From Longimicrobiales bacterium (GTDB taxonomy: Bacteria; Gemmatimonadota; Gemmatimonadetes; Longimicrobiales; Gaopeijiaceae): a stretch of DNA of 64,000 nt. The stretch covers positions 1,824,001 to 1,888,000 of the forward strand of contig OZ242008.1 in NCBI GenBank assembly GCA_965204735.1. The letters are read 5' to 3'. Positions 39,697 to 48,149 of this stretch are shown here, one piece after another; the first letter of the stretch is position 1; every line of letters starts with the position of its first letter. The position numbers and the translations under genes were made by a program. The notes beneath the pieces were generated by a model. The model was given only the letters and a program-made list of their open reading frames with translations, did no database searches and was not told the origin of the DNA.

Positions 39697-41193
39697 ATGC
39701 TTATCGACTACTCCTCGGGCTTCCACTACTTGCTGGCGATGGCACCGGAGGCTGTGCTCGCGACCACGGGCATGGCGGTGCTCCTGGCGGGCGTCTCCGG
39801 GAAGCGGCAGAACGGGCCGGGCCAGGAGCTGGGCTGGATTGCGCTGGCCGGCTTGGCGGCGGCTGCCGTCGCCAACGGCTGGCTGTACTCGGGAGCGACG
39901 GAAGACGGGACCGACGCGATGATCGCCGTGGACCGGCTCCGCCTTTTCGCCAACTGGGTCTTCCTCCTGGGCGCCGCCTTCGCCGTGGTGGTCTCCCTGG
40001 ACTACGTGGCTCGGCGCCGGCTCCAGGCCGGCGAGTACTACTCGCTGATCCTCTTCGCCGTGGTCGGGATGATGTTCATGGCGTCGGCCCGGGACCTGAT
40101 GATCGTCTTCCTGGGCCTGGAGCTGATGTCCATGGCCGTGTACGCCCTGGCGGCGTTCAACCGTCGCGACCTGCGCTCGGCGGAAGCGGGTCTGAAGTAC
40201 TTCCTCCTGGGCGCCTTCGCCAGCGGCTTCCTCCTCTTCGGGATCGCGCTGGTCTACGGAGCGGCGGGGAGCGCCAACATCCAGGAGATCGCGATCGCGG
40301 TGCGCGAGGGCACGGCTTCTCGGGGCCTGCTGCTGCCGGGCGTGGCGCTGCTGGCGGCCGGCTTCGCCTTCAAGGTGTCGGCGGTGCCGTTCCACATGTG
40401 GACCCCGGACGTCTACCAAGGGGCGCCCACGCCGGTCACTGCCTTCATGGCCGCTTCGGTGAAGTCCGCAGCCTTCGTCGCGTTCCTGCGGATATTCATC
40501 GCAGGGCTGGGCGGCGCGTCGGCGGAGTGGGCGCCGATCCTCTGGTGGCTGTCGGCGGCGACGATGGTGGTCGGCAACCTGATCGCCGTCGTCCAGTCGG
40601 ACGTCAAGCGAATGCTGGCCTACTCCTCCATCGCCCACGGCGGCTACCTCCTCGTGGCATTGGTGGCCGGCAACGACGCGGCGACAGGGGGGCTCCTCTT
40701 CTACCTCCTCGTCTACACGGTGATGAACGTGGGCGCCTTCGCCGTCCTGATCGCGGCGGGCCGCCGCTCCGATCGCGGCTCGAAGATCGAGGAGTTCGCC
40801 GGCTTCGGCTGGCGCAACCCGCTCCTGGGCGTCCTCATGACCCTCTTCCTGCTCTCCCTTGCCGGCTTCCCGGGGACGGGCGGCTTCATGGCCAAGCTCT
40901 TCCTCCTCCAGGGCGCGGCGGAAGCGCAGCTGTGGGTTCTCTCGGTGATCCTCGTCCTCACGACGGTGGTGTCCTACTGGTACTACCTGCGGGTGGCTTG
41001 GTACATGTGGATGAAGGACGCCCCGGAGGCGACGGGGACGGTTCCCGAGCGCCTCGCCGTGCCCATGGCCGCCCATGTGGTCCTGCTGGTGGGCGCCGGA
41101 GTGGTGCTGTTGACGGGCGTCTTCCCCGGCGCCCCCCTGGAGCTGGCGATGGAGGCGGTGCACGGCTTGGCAGAGAGCGTTGCCGGGCACTGA
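39697..41193 (+). CDS. nuoN: NADH-quinone oxidoreductase subunit N
   Basis: GLELMS, EAGLKYFLLG, FKVSAVPFHMWTPDVYQGAP, KRMLAYSSIAH. Confidence 0.95.
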   Translation: MLIDYSSGFHYLLAMAPEAVLATTGMAVLLAGVSGKRQNGPGQELGWIALAGLAAAAVANGWLYSGATEDGTDAMIAVDRLRLFANWVFLLGAAFAVVVSLDYVARRRLQAGEYYSLILFAVVGMMFMASARDLMIVFLGLELMSMAVYALAAFNRRDLRSAEAGLKYFLLGAFASGFLLFGIALVYGAAGSANIQEIAIAVREGTASRGLLLPGVALLAAGFAFKVSAVPFHMWTPDVYQGAPTPVTAFMAASVKSAAFVAFLRIFIAGLGGASAEWAPILWWLSAATMVVGNLIAVVQSDVKRMLAYSSIAHGGYLLVALVAGNDAATGGLLFYLLVYTVMNVGAFAVLIAAGRRSDRGSKIEEFAGFGWRNPLLGVLMTLFLLSLAGFPGTGGFMAKLFLLQGAAEAQLWVLSVILVLTTVVSYWYYLRVAWYMWMKDAPEATGTVPERLAVPMAAHVVLLVGAGVVLLTGVFPGAPLELAMEAVHGLAESVAGH

Positions 41194-42655
41194 GCCGAGC
41201 CGGATCGACCCAGCCGCAGTCCCCGGCGGAATCTTTCGCCAGTACGACATTCGCGGGATCGTGGGCGAGAGCTTGGACCCGGCGATCGCAGAGGCGGTGG
41301 GCGCGGCCTACGGCGCCGAGCTCCGGGACCGCTTGGGAGGCGCCGTCCCCAAGGTGGTGGCGGGTCAGGACAACCGACCTTCGTCGCCCTCCCTGGCGGA
41401 CGGGCTGACGCGGGGCGTCCACGCCGCCGGCTGCGACGTGGTGCGGCTGGGAACGGTGCCCACCCCGGTCGCCTACTTCGCCGAGCACGAACTGGCGGCC
41501 CACGGGTCGCTGCAGGTCACCGGGTCCCACAACCCGTCCGAGTACAACGGCGTCAAGATGACGGTGGCGAAGGCGTCGCTTCACGGCGACGCGATCCAGG
41601 CGCTCTTGGCGCGGATCCGCTCGGGACGCATGAGGCCGGCGCAGGGACCGGCGGCGGACGTGGCCGGCCCGACCTCGCCCGGCGAGTCGGCGGCGGCGGA
41701 CGGGCGCTCGGCCTCCGGCGCCGTGGAAGAGGTGGACGTGCTGCCCGCCTATGTCGCCGCGGTCGCGGGACGCTTCCGTCCCGCCAGGCCGGTCAAGGTC
41801 GTGGTGGATTGCGGGAACGGGACCGGCGCGGTGGTGGCTGTCGAGCTCCTGGAGGCGGCGGGCGCCCAGGTGGTTCCCCTCTACTGCGACTCCGACGGCA
41901 CGTTCCCGAACCACCACCCGGACCCCACGGTGGACGACAACGTCCGCGAGCTGGCGGCCCAGGTTCGCCGCCACGGCGCCGAGGCGGGGATCGGCTTCGA
42001 CGGAGACGCGGACCGGATCGGCGTGGTGGACGGAGAGGGCCGGATCGTCCGGGCCGACGTCCTGCTGCTGCTCTTCGGCCTGGACATGCTCCGCCGGGTC
42101 GGCCCCGGCGTCCAGCTGGTGTTCGACGTGAAGTGCTCCCAGGCGCTGCCGGAGGTGTTCGAGCGGGCGGGCGGCGTGCCCGTGATGTGGAAGACGGGCC
42201 ACTCGCTCGTCAAGGAGAAGATGAGGGAGACCGGGGCTCCGATCGCCGGCGAGCTCTCGGGCCACATCTGCTTCGCCGACGACTACTACGGCTTCGACGA
42301 CGCGCTCTACGCCGCCTGCCGCTTGGTGGAGATGATCGCCGGGTCCGAGCGTTCGTTGGCCGAGATGGTGCGGGAGCTGCCGTCGTACGCCTCCACTCCC
42401 GAGATGCGGATCGACGTGCCGGAGTCCGAGAAGTTCGGCTTGGTGGCCGACGCCAGGGAGTACTTCGCCCGCGACCACGAGGTGATCGCGCTGGACGGCG
42501 CCCGGGTGCTGTTCGGGGACGGCTGGGGGCTGATCCGGGCCTCCAACACCCAACCGGCGATCACGGTGCGCTGCGAAGCCGCCACCGAGGCGCGCCTGGG
42601 GGAGATCCGCGAGACGCTGGAACGCTGGCTTCGGGCCCGAGGCGTCCGCCTGTGA
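41180..42655 (+). CDS. Phosphomannomutase/phosphoglucomutase (AlgC-like)
   Basis: IFRQYDIRG, TGSHNP, FPNHHPDP, FDGDADR, GELSGH, RASNT. Confidence 0.95.
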   Translation: MPGTEPSRIDPAAVPGGIFRQYDIRGIVGESLDPAIAEAVGAAYGAELRDRLGGAVPKVVAGQDNRPSSPSLADGLTRGVHAAGCDVVRLGTVPTPVAYFAEHELAAHGSLQVTGSHNPSEYNGVKMTVAKASLHGDAIQALLARIRSGRMRPAQGPAADVAGPTSPGESAAADGRSASGAVEEVDVLPAYVAAVAGRFRPARPVKVVVDCGNGTGAVVAVELLEAAGAQVVPLYCDSDGTFPNHHPDPTVDDNVRELAAQVRRHGAEAGIGFDGDADRIGVVDGEGRIVRADVLLLLFGLDMLRRVGPGVQLVFDVKCSQALPEVFERAGGVPVMWKTGHSLVKEKMRETGAPIAGELSGHICFADDYYGFDDALYAACRLVEMIAGSERSLAEMVRELPSYASTPEMRIDVPESEKFGLVADAREYFARDHEVIALDGARVLFGDGWGLIRASNTQPAITVRCEAATEARLGEIRETLERWLRARGVRL

Positions 42656-43908
42656 GGCGCCCGGACTCCAAGCGTGGAGCCGGGGACCGCCTCGGCACGA
42701 CCGTAACCTTGGCCATACTGGTAAGTACTGTCGGCGCTGCTGTCGGGCCTCCTGGCGAGGAGCCGCCAAGTCACGCGATCCTCCACTTCGATCACGGACG
42801 ACACGCCGATCAAGCAGCTGGGTGAAGTGTTGTTTCACTCGGACAGCGTCGATTCATCGACATCGACGAAACTCGGCAAGTTGGGAGGAGGCTTGTTTCT
42901 CAACTCGAATCTGTTCGTATACGCCGACGCCCTTGCGAGGACGCTCAACTTTGTACACGTGGATCGGCGAGAGATCGTCACGGTCGGCGGCCATGGCCAG
43001 GGGCCCGGAGAGTTTCAGGTGGTTGGTGGGGTTTTTCGAGACGGCCGGGGCAATGTGATAGTTGACGACTGGGCAGCACTGCGTGCAACAGTACTTGATC
43101 CGGACGGAAATGCGATCCGAACCATAGCTTACGACGTGTCGCCGCTCACCGGCGGTCCGGGCGTGCCCAGGGTCGTCGGGCTGACGACGACCGGCACACT
43201 GATTGTACGCGATTCCGATCCATGGGTCGTTCCGCGGCCAGATGGCTTGTATCGACCGAATGTTTGGCTCGTCACTCTCGACGTCGCCTCCCGGTCATCC
43301 CTAACAATTGCGCACGGCCAGGGTCGAGAGAGCGTGCGAATGAACCACAGTGCAGATGACGCGCACAGCTTTTCCTTCAGTACCGTGGACGTCCCGTTTG
43401 CTCATGATCTGTTCAGCGTTTTCATGACGATAAGCTGTACGTAGCCGATACGAGCAAAGACAGTGCAGTCGTCGTGAATACGGCGGGAACCGTAGTTCGA
43501 CGAATTCCCCTTCCTCCCGCAAGAATCGCATCTGAAGAGGACCTTGCATCTTGGAAAGAACAGCAGACCACAAGACTGCGGGAGCGCAACAGATCTCCGA
43601 GTTCTTTTGATGCCAGCGACCACATCAGATGGACGAGGGAAGCCACTGGCAACACCGTTGCCCCGCGAATCAGCGGCATGTTCGTGGACGTCGCAGGACG
43701 GCTGTGGATGCAGCGATACGCGATGCCAACCGATACGGCGGCTTACTGGGAGCTGTGGGACCTGAATGATCAAGTTCTATCCGCTGTGGTGAGCGTGTCC
43801 CCAGGAGACCAGCTGTTGGATGCGGCGGGCGACGTTGTCTTGACCAGCAGCACGACCGAGTTGGGGTTGACCAGCATCACAGTATGGCGGCTTGCTGGCG
43901 AGTCGTGA
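42652..43908 (+). pseudogene. 6-bladed beta-propeller-type exported protein interrupted by two frameshifts (pseudogene or assembly error)
   Basis: GTG 42652 gives a signal-like MRRPDSK..TVTLAILVSTVGAAVG; a shift near 42745 leads into the frame with GGHGQGPGEF; a shift back near 43420 gives FHDDKLYVADT...FVDVAGRLW, homologous to the next gene. Confidence 0.7.
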
Positions 43909-45167
43909 ACCACCACCGGCTCGTTCGCGTACTTGCTCTGGTCGGCGCCGTAGTCGGAGTGTCGGGGCGGGCAGGGGACCAGAGGATTGTTGAACGGCGC
44001 CTGTCCTCGCCGCCGCTCTTTGACTCGCACCTCGTCACGGATCCTGGAATGTCGGCGATTGATGCGACATCTGCGCTCTTTACAGGGAAGAATCGATTTG
44101 CAGCAGCCGGTCCGGAGCATGCGGACGCCACGCTTGTCTTTGTCGACGTGGTCGATGGATCAGTGGCGACGGTTACTGCAGAGGCGCTGGGACTTTCGGG
44201 GATCGGGGGCATGACGCTGGTGCGGGCAGGCGCCGATGGCCGAGTGGTCGCTTGGCACGGCGAGTCCTCTCAGGTCGTCACCATCTCGACAACGGGGACG
44301 GCAGTTGAGCGCATACCCCTTGGGTTGCCCGCCGGCTTTATGACGGCGCCGTGGGAACTTGCTGCACTTGGCGTCGAAGATGGGGTGGCCGTGTTGAGGC
44401 AACGGGCCATTGGGGCCGGCTTCGGCAACGTGGGCGGCATGTCGTATCGTCAACGGCTAGAGTTTTCGCTGATTCGGCCCGGTGGAGACCCGGAACCCGT
44501 CGTGCAGGTTGGGGGAGCAGAACGTGTCTATCTTGCTGTTCGCGAGGACTCCGCTCGGGGCAATGTCGAGACGGATGTGATTTTCGGTGAAACGGTTTTC
44601 AGCGCTCCACTCGGCGCCGACAAGGTGATTGTTGCGGAAACCGACGCAGATTCGATCTGGGTGCTGGACACGCAGGGCAACTACAGGCCGCTGTTGCCGA
44701 CGCCACTGCGATCGGTTGTCGTGACTGAGGATGACGTTCGAATTGAGCGGAGTCGGCTGAGGCGGCGCAATCTGATGGACCAGGAGATGGACGGTTTGAT
44801 GGACATGGTATCCGGTCGGCATCGAGAGCAACTCATGGCTCTTGATCGTGCCAGTCGCATGGCGATCGACTTGGCGCCGGTGAGTTGGACGCCGCCGGCG
44901 ATCGCAGATCTGGTGGTGGACGGGCAGTCGAGAGTGTGGCTGAAGCGGTTCGTGCCGCCGACGGATTCGGTTGCCACTTGGGAAGTATGGAACACGGAGA
45001 GACGGGTTGTTGAGTTTCGCCTGGACGCACCGCAAGAGTGGGACGTCTTGGATGCTCGCGGTGACCAGGTGCTGCTTCGCGCGGAGGGGAGTTGGGAGGC
45101 CGGGGCAGATCGTCTTGGCCGGCTGCTGGTTATGGAAATGCAGCCGGCGTCGCGGCACGACGACTGA
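43905..45167 (+). CDS. Exported beta-propeller-type protein, paralog of the upstream gene
   Basis: Hydrophobic N-terminus; C-terminal PAIADLVVDGQSRVWLKR..PTD..TWEVWN..VLDARGDQVL matches PRISGMFVDVAGRLWMQR..PTD..YWELWD..LLDAAGDVVL. Confidence 0.72.
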   Translation: MNHHRLVRVLALVGAVVGVSGRAGDQRIVERRLSSPPLFDSHLVTDPGMSAIDATSALFTGKNRFAAAGPEHADATLVFVDVVDGSVATVTAEALGLSGIGGMTLVRAGADGRVVAWHGESSQVVTISTTGTAVERIPLGLPAGFMTAPWELAALGVEDGVAVLRQRAIGAGFGNVGGMSYRQRLEFSLIRPGGDPEPVVQVGGAERVYLAVREDSARGNVETDVIFGETVFSAPLGADKVIVAETDADSIWVLDTQGNYRPLLPTPLRSVVVTEDDVRIERSRLRRRNLMDQEMDGLMDMVSGRHREQLMALDRASRMAIDLAPVSWTPPAIADLVVDGQSRVWLKRFVPPTDSVATWEVWNTERRVVEFRLDAPQEWDVLDARGDQVLLRAEGSWEAGADRLGRLLVMEMQPASRHDD

Positions 45168-45357
45168 CGCACTTGTCCGGGAGCGCCTTGGATTGGTGGG
45201 CTGCCCGACGGTGCACGATGGCGGACGCCCGGGCTGCGAGGTGGACGCTCGCTGGCCGGGTCGACGCCGACCGGTACGGTGATACCGTGGTACCACGACG
45301 CGGGAGGCGCGGCGGCGAGCCGCCGGACCGACGGCCAACCTTCGGCAAGCGTCGGGC

Positions 45358-45414
45358 CGAAAAAAAAAATAGTCCCATCCAGCTATCCAAACGCCCATTT
45401 CCGGTCGCCATCAT
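45358..45414 (+). promoter_or_regulatory. Conserved non-coding motif, copy 1 (A-tract + ATCCA direct repeat + -10-like hexamer)
   Basis: cgA10tagtcccATCCAgctATCCAaacg-N15-catcat; near-identical copy at 62750-62802. Confidence 0.55.
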
Positions 45415-45507
45415 TAAGCCGTCGGTGGAAAGAACCGCCGTGATCGGGGGTTCCGCCAGCCCGCAGGGCGGGCAGCACGGCTGTCTCCCGACACCCGGAC
45501 CCAAGCG

Positions 45508-46227
45508 ATGGAGGCGAAGATGGCGAAGACGCGAACCGAACGGAGCCGTTGGCGCGCCCGCGTGGCGCGCGGTTCGACGGCAACTGGTTCCTCACACGGA
45601 GATTCGTCGCCGGCCGAAGCGCTGCGCGGTCGCTCGCCGGGGACGTTGGCGGCGATCGGCGGCCAGGGGACGGTTGCGGTTCTGGCGGGCGTGGCCTTTG
45701 CCGCCTGTGCCGGAGGCGGGCCGAACAGATCGGCGCCCCTGGACGTGGGCGACCCGGCGCCGCCGTCGCTGCAGCTGTCCGGGAGCGGACCGGCTCTGGT
45801 CTGGGCGTTCAACTCGGTGGATTGCCTGACCTGCAAGCTGGCGGAGTCGTCGTGGGTTGTCCGGCGGCTTCAACGCCGCTTCCGCGGCCTGAAGACGGTG
45901 GTGGCGGCGGTCGGACCGGGCAGTGCGTCCGATCGGGAGATGGTCGCAGGGTTCCTCGCCTCGGAGCGAATCCAAGCCACGATCCTGATGCAGACGCGGA
46001 AGGCGCACGCCGGGGAGTTCGGCGGAGGCGCGCCGCTTCCTGCGCTGTACCTGGTGGGGCGGTCGGGAACCACCGTGACGGCTGCCGTGCCCGACCCCGC
46101 TGCCCCCGGCGTTCCCGATTGGGACCGCTTCGACCTGGACGCAGTCCTGCACCGCCTCGCCCAGTCGGTCGACGCGGACGAAGAGCCGAACAGCACACAC
46201 ACAACTCGCAAGGAGAACAACCAATGA
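45508..46227 (+). CDS. Thioredoxin-fold (CxxC) putative lipoprotein; start uncertain
   Basis: AFAAC lipobox-like site, LVWAFNSVDCLTC, downstream PLPALYLVGRSG (cis-Pro-loop-like); stop overlaps peptide 1 ATG. Confidence 0.68.
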   Translation: MEAKMAKTRTERSRWRARVARGSTATGSSHGDSSPAEALRGRSPGTLAAIGGQGTVAVLAGVAFAACAGGGPNRSAPLDVGDPAPPSLQLSGSGPALVWAFNSVDCLTCKLAESSWVVRRLQRRFRGLKTVVAAVGPGSASDREMVAGFLASERIQATILMQTRKAHAGEFGGGAPLPALYLVGRSGTTVTAAVPDPAAPGVPDWDRFDLDAVLHRLAQSVDADEEPNSTHTTRKENNQ

Positions 46228-46499
46228 CGAACCGAACGGAGAAGCGTGCAAAGAGAAGCCGGGCGAAGACCCTGGTGGCCGCGACGGGCTTGGCCCTGGC
46301 CGTGATTTCCGCAAGCCCGGCCGCCGGGTTCGGACCCGCGCTCGACGGGCGGGCGGAGGCTCAGTACCACGTCAAGATGAAGCTGGTGTACGGACCCTTC
46401 CAGCTCTGCGTGTGGTCGTGCTACCTGGGCCGCTGCTGCGCCTACGACAAGCCCACCTTCCCATACTGGGAGTCGGAGTTCGACGCCATGACTCGTTAG
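46224..46499 (+). CDS. Small secreted Cys-rich peptide precursor 1 (91 aa)
   Basis: AAGGAG RBS; MTNRTEKRAKRSRAKTLVAATGLALAVISASPAAGFGPALDGRAEA|QYHVKMKLVYGPFQLCVWSCYLGRCC... Confidence 0.85.
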   Translation: MTNRTEKRAKRSRAKTLVAATGLALAVISASPAAGFGPALDGRAEAQYHVKMKLVYGPFQLCVWSCYLGRCCAYDKPTFPYWESEFDAMTR

Positions 46500-46605
46500 G
46501 CTGGAGTCCCTCGCCCCATCCCTCGGGCCGGAGCCGCCGGACGCATATAGATAGGCGCCGGCGGTCTGTTGCCCGTCCCCGACAGAAGCGAAGAAGGAGT
46601 CGCCG

Positions 46606-47766
46606 GTGAAGACCAACGCACCCGCAGGAAGCCGCCAGAAGACGAACGCAACCGACGTTGCCCCTCGGGCGCGTCAGCCATCAATTCCGTCTGGTCGGGT
46701 CTTCCCAGTCCTGGTCGTCGCGCTGACGCTGTCGGCCTGCGACCGGGCCGATCCTCCGTCCCCTCCGGCGACGCCCTCCGCTTCGACCTCCGAGACGCCG
46801 TCGCTCGCCGCGCTGGAGGGGGTCTTCGAGGTCGTCGGCTCTATCGAGCTGGAAGAGACCGACGAAGTGCTGACGGTCCAGCCCATGGTGACCGTCGGCG
46901 GTCCCGGCGAGCTGCTGGTCGCGGAGCCCATGGAGGGACAGGTCCGCGTGTACGGCGTGGACGGGGCGCTCCGGGCGAACCTGGGACGCAGAGGAGCAGG
47001 TCCAGGCGAGTTCGAGTTCCCGATGACGGCGCATCGGACGCTCGACGGCGGGCTGGTGGTCGCCGACGTGGGCATGTCGCGCCTGACCTTCTTGGCATCG
47101 GGCAACCCTGATTCGGTCCAGGTTGCCGATCTGCCCGACGTCGGGCTGCTCGCTGCCCAGGACATGGGCGACGGGCGCTACTTGATCGCCGGTCTCAACC
47201 GCCCGGACGGCCCGGAGGGAAGCTTCCTCCACTTCTGGAACCGAGGAACCCAGGAGTTCGAGCGGAGCTTCCTGCGCATGAGAGTTCCGGAGGAGCTCGA
47301 GGCGCTGGCCATGACGATGTCCGGCGTGGTGGCGGTAACGGAGGCCGATACCATATGGGCGGCCTGGGCCCTTTCGGACACGCTCTACAAGTACGACCTC
47401 GAGGGCAATCGCCTTGCCGCCTACCCGCTTGTCCTGCCCCGTCCGGGAAGCGGACCGCAAGGCGGCGAAGTCATCCGCGATCCCGTGTCCATGCGGGAAG
47501 AGTTCGACGCCACTACGCAGATCATGAACGTGTTCCCGCTGCGCAGCGGGAGGATCGCGGTCCAGGCCATGCAGACCCGTGGCAACGATGCGGTCTTCGA
47601 TCTCTTGATCGTCGACCGGGAAGGGAACGACCTGTGGAAGCAGGCGGGCACTCCCAGGTTGTACGTCGTCGCCGACGACGTGTTCTACTTCCAGGATCCG
47701 TCCTCGGTGCACCCCAACAAGTGGGTCGTGGCCACATTGGCCGAGCTGCCCACCAACGAGGGATAG
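46606..47766 (+). CDS. 6-bladed beta-propeller (NHL-like) lipoprotein
   Basis: AAGGAG RBS, LSAC lipobox, LGRRGAGPGEFEFP motif, repeated beta-strand blades (LLVAE, LVVAD, YLIAG). Confidence 0.82.
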   Translation: MKTNAPAGSRQKTNATDVAPRARQPSIPSGRVFPVLVVALTLSACDRADPPSPPATPSASTSETPSLAALEGVFEVVGSIELEETDEVLTVQPMVTVGGPGELLVAEPMEGQVRVYGVDGALRANLGRRGAGPGEFEFPMTAHRTLDGGLVVADVGMSRLTFLASGNPDSVQVADLPDVGLLAAQDMGDGRYLIAGLNRPDGPEGSFLHFWNRGTQEFERSFLRMRVPEELEALAMTMSGVVAVTEADTIWAAWALSDTLYKYDLEGNRLAAYPLVLPRPGSGPQGGEVIRDPVSMREEFDATTQIMNVFPLRSGRIAVQAMQTRGNDAVFDLLIVDREGNDLWKQAGTPRLYVVADDVFYFQDPSSVHPNKWVVATLAELPTNEG

Positions 47767-47848
47767 CCGTCGAGGGCGTGACGGCGCGGCCGTCCACTTC
47801 GGGGCGGCCGCGCCCGAACGCAGTCAACACACCCCAAGGAGCAAGACC

Positions 47849-48094
47849 ATGAGAGCACCCAAGAGAGAAACCAACAAGAGGAGCCGCGCGAGGACGGCCG
47901 TCAAGGCAGCGGGCTTCGCACTCTTCGCGCTGGCCGGAGCGCCGGCTGCCGGCGACTTTCCGCAGGCGACGCCTGCGGTCGAAGCCGCTGCCCAGCACCG
48001 GGCTGCCAAGAAAGTCGAAGGGTGGTGGATATTCGAGAGGTGCACGGGTGACTGTCCGGGTCACGGCCGGTGCTGCGGCACCTCCGTCGTGTAG
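47849..48094 (+). CDS. Small secreted Cys-rich peptide precursor 2 (81 aa)
   Basis: AAGGAG RBS; MRAPKRETNKRSRARTAVKAAGFALFALAGAPAAGDFPQATPAVEAAA|QHRAAKKVEGWWIFERCTGDCPGHGRCCGTSVV. Confidence 0.87.
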   Translation: MRAPKRETNKRSRARTAVKAAGFALFALAGAPAAGDFPQATPAVEAAAQHRAAKKVEGWWIFERCTGDCPGHGRCCGTSVV

Positions 48095-48149
48095 CCGGGC
48101 GGCCCAAGGCGCAGACCCCAATCAATCAAGACAAGGAGAAGAGAAAGTC

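Noticed and set aside
45168..45507. Fourth peptide gene or structured ncRNA in the 340-bp gap
   Set aside because: No ORF with RBS, signal peptide and C-C-CC frame, and no recognisable RNA family; only the promoter-like motif is supported.
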